Part shown: positions 4,061 through 5,712 of the stretch, piece after piece
Position numbering within the stretch: position 1 is the first letter of the stretch
How the letters are laid out: each line of letters begins with the position of its first letter
Virus record (IMG/VR): IMGVR_UViG_3300045988_000103
Location: 1-5,712 of that record
Length of the DNA: 5,712 nucleotides
Direction: 5' to 3' (one strand)
Origin: a virus
The notes under the pieces: generated by a model
Told to the model about the DNA's origin: nothing
The model's input: the letters and a program-made list of their open reading frames with translations, nothing else
Database searches by the model: none
Position numbers and translations under genes: made by a program

Positions 4061-4300
4061 ATGGAACATCTGTATTATGGCATCTGGGACAACGTAGCAA
4101 AATGTTATGCATGGGTAGGTGAAAGCAAAAACAACGAAACGTTCGCACGGATGTGCAACGTGATGCAGAAAGACAAGAGCACGTTCATCGGGCAGTCCCC
4201 GAACGATTACGTAGGCTATAAACTGGCAACGTTTGAAGATGAAACCGGCGAATTCCAGAACATGAACGATAAGGCATGGGAGGGTAAAGCGGATGAATAA
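4061..4300 (+). CDS. VP5: VP5-like nonstructural protein (gokushovirus ORF5 family), 79 aa
   Basis: The pattern LYYGIWDNVA..Y........N...FARM............P.DY..YKLATFEDETGEF resembles the small ORF5/nonstructural proteins of gokushoviruses (..Y...D..A..........N...A.R.F........P.DY.L..LG.FD..TG.). The SD gaggag (4045-4050) lies 10 nt upstream. It sits immediately upstream of VP3. Confidence 0.65.
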   Translation: MEHLYYGIWDNVAKCYAWVGESKNNETFARMCNVMQKDKSTFIGQSPNDYVGYKLATFEDETGEFQNMNDKAWEGKADE

Positions 4301-4691
4301 ACGATACGAAGAGGGGCGCGAGCCCTTCTTTTCGAATCCAGGAGAAACAGAGCGAAAACAGTACGTCTGGGCAAAAGACAAAGAAGGCAAAGAATACCTG
4401 CAAGAAACCGAAAGTATCGACATTCAAGCAGAGATTGAAAGCTACGCAGATGAATGCGATATCAAAAACATTGTGAGAAAGGCAAGTTTCGACCCGGAAT
4501 TTATGAAAAGCCTGTCACAAGGCGCTATGGAAGGCACAGAGGTAGACATCACCGAATTTCCGAAGAATATCCACGAATATCATCAGATGGTAGCAACAGC
4601 ACAAGCTAACGCAATGAAGCTCAGAGAACTGGAAGAACTGAACAAAGAGCAGAAAAAAGAACCAGTAGAAGGGAGTAAAACAGAAGAATGA
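4293..4691 (+). CDS. VP3: VP3 internal scaffolding protein, 132 aa
   Basis: It sits directly upstream of VP1 with an ATGA overlap (4688-4691). It is acidic. The block DIQAEIESYADECDIKNIVRK followed by D.TEFP....E....V..A resembles the gokushovirus/Chlamydia-phage scaffold family. The SD ggagg (4279-4283) lies 9 nt upstream. It overlaps VP5 by 8 nt. Confidence 0.8.
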   Translation: MNKRYEEGREPFFSNPGETERKQYVWAKDKEGKEYLQETESIDIQAEIESYADECDIKNIVRKASFDPEFMKSLSQGAMEGTEVDITEFPKNIHEYHQMVATAQANAMKLRELEELNKEQKKEPVEGSKTEE

Positions 4692-5712
4692 ACAGAAACA
4701 ACGAACGACACTTTCTGCAAATTCCAGAAATGCACGCAAGCCGAACACGGTTCAACAGAGACCAAACGATTCTAACCACATTCGATAGTGGTAAGCTTAT
4801 CCCGTTCTTCGTAGATGAAGTACTGCCAGGCGATACCTTCCAAGTGGATACCAGCGCAATCATCCGCATGACCACACCAAAGTATCCGGTGATGGATGAT
4901 GCATTCATCGACTTCTACTACTTCTATTGTCCGAACCGTATCCTATGGGACAATTTCAAATATTTCATGGGAGAAGTGGAAGATACACCATGGATGCCGA
5001 CAAAAACGTACAGCGTACCGCAAATCGAAGTAAAAAGCACTGGAGAAAATCCAAGAGAAAAAACAATTCTAGACTACATGGGAGTGCCTACGAAAGTAAA
5101 AGGAAACTTCAAAGTAAACGCACTGCCTATCCGGGCATACGTAAAGATTTGGAACGAATACTTCCGAGATCAAAACGTAGGTAACGCGGCAACATCAAAA
5201 AATAATGATGGAAATGTCGTGTACACACGCAACAACGGAACAATGGAAAGCATCTTAAAGAATGCATACACCGGAGACGAATGCTTGCCCGTCAACCGTT
5301 TCCACGACTACTTCTCAAGCTGCCTTCCCTATGCTCAGCGTGGGCCGGATGTAAGCATACCCATGACCGGCAACGCAGCAGTAAACATTTTCGAAAACCA
5401 AGCGCTAACCCAAAAAAAGAGTACAAACGAAGAAATTTACCTAAACAGCCTAGTAACCGGAACAAACAGCGCAGAACCATTTATTGTAAACTGGCCAACA
5501 GAAGGAAACAAAAGCTACCCAGCACTGATAAACGGAGCAGCTACAACCAAAGGAACAACAGTAAGGGATGGATTTTTAGGGGTTGACCTAGGCACAGTAA
5601 CCGCGACCACCATTAACGAACTGCGAAACGCAATCGCGGTACAGCAGTACTATGAAGCGATGGCACGAGGTGGCAGCCGTTACCGTGAACAGGTACAGGC
5701 TCTGTGGAATGT
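4688..5712 (+). CDS. VP1: Major capsid protein VP1 (F-like), N-terminal 341 codons. It is open at the window end and continues at position 1/3.
   Basis: I translated this by hand with no stop from ATG 4688 to 5712: MNRNNERHFLQIPEMHASRTRFNRDQTILTTFDSGKLIPFFVDEVLPGDTFQVD...PKYPVMDDAFIDFYYFYCPNRILWDNF...ILDYMGVP...ALPIRAYVKIWNEYFRDQN...INELRNAIAVQQYYEAMARGGSRY. These are canonical microvirus capsid motifs. The last 18 codons are the same sequence as the ORF at 3-704. Confidence 0.95.
   Translation, partial: MNRNNERHFLQIPEMHASRTRFNRDQTILTTFDSGKLIPFFVDEVLPGDTFQVDTSAIIRMTTPKYPVMDDAFIDFYYFYCPNRILWDNFKYFMGEVEDTPWMPTKTYSVPQIEVKSTGENPREKTILDYMGVPTKVKGNFKVNALPIRAYVKIWNEYFRDQNVGNAATSKNNDGNVVYTRNNGTMESILKNAYTGDECLPVNRFHDYFSSCLPYAQRGPDVSIPMTGNAAVNIFENQALTQKKSTNEEIYLNSLVTGTNSAEPFIVNWPTEGNKSYPALINGAATTKGTTVRDGFLGVDLGTVTATTINELRNAIAVQQYYEAMARGGSRYREQVQALWN
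5658..5712. repeat. Right copy of the 55-nt terminal redundancy (identical to 1-55)
   Basis: Exact match to 1-55 by direct comparison. Confidence 0.97.

Larger units (their letters stand above)
1..5657 (+). other. One complete circular genome unit of a Microviridae (Gokushovirinae-like) ssDNA phage, 5,657 nt
   Basis: An exact 55-nt terminal direct repeat closes the circle, and the capsid ORF is continuous and in frame across the junction. The full gokushovirus core set (VP1, VP2, VP3, VP4, VP5-like, small basic protein) lies on one strand with ATGA-type overlaps. Confidence 0.85.

Noticed and set aside
3743-4423. A 226-aa minus-strand ORF, plus the other minus-strand ORFs in the track (388-594, 776-1069, 1179-1547, 2023-2241, 2263-2697, 3090-3284, 3302-3629, 4185-4427, 4515-4908, 5292-5480)
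   Set aside because: All are antisense to well-supported + strand genes. They have Cys/Phe/Leu/Ser-rich, low-information composition, as expected from translating the T-rich complement of an A-rich coding strand. They have no SD-like sequences or recognisable motifs.
4927-5586. Two long alternative-frame + ORFs inside VP1 (4927-5184, 5281-5586) and one inside VP4 (2339-2533), considered as overprinted genes such as a phiX174 E-like lysis gene
   Set aside because: They are extremely K/R/N-rich, which is the trivial product of frame-shifting A-rich sequence. They have no hydrophobic TM helix as an amurin or holin would need. The T-poor + strand suppresses stops in all frames. The N-terminus of 5281-5586 (LLLKLPSLCSAWAGC) loosely resembles a lipobox, but the hydrophobic core is too short and broken.

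Overview
The window is one complete, circularly permuted genome of a small ssDNA phage of the family Microviridae (Gokushovirinae-like), linearised inside its major capsid gene. Bases 1-55 recur exactly at 5658-5712, so the unit length is 5,657 nt. The capsid ORF starts at ATG 4688 and runs off the right end. It is absent from the supplied ORF track because it has no stop in the window. It continues in frame into the ORF at 3-704, giving about 557 aa in total. All convincing genes are on the + strand and are tightly packed or overlapping. In order they are: VP3 scaffold (4293-4691), VP1 capsid (4688 across the junction to 704), VP2 pilot protein (745-1617), VP4 Rep (1614-2633), a 558-nt gene-free region (2634-3191), an M15-family zinc peptidase (3192-3581), two small unknown ORFs (3583-3705, 3709-3936), a 40-aa basic DNA-binding protein (3920-4042, also missing from the track) and a VP5-like protein (4061-4300). 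Rho-independent terminator hairpins follow VP1 and VP4, and a sigma70-like promoter lies at the 3' end of the gene-free region. That gives a simple map of one promoter region and two terminators. Four things stand out. (1) The gene-free region is about 10% of a genome that otherwise overlaps its genes. It holds ten same-orientation copies of TGT(T/G)GAAA, and two of them are exact relaxed DnaA boxes on the complementary strand. It also holds a GC-rich alternating purine/pyrimidine block, a (TAG)5 microsatellite and several hairpins. (2) There is an endolysin-like M15 peptidase with no signal peptide and no recognisable holin. (3) It is followed by two translationally coupled orphan ORFs. (4) The VP2 Shine-Dalgarno and start codon are separated by the VP1 terminator hairpin. 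All family assignments rest on motifs I recognise by eye. No database search was possible.
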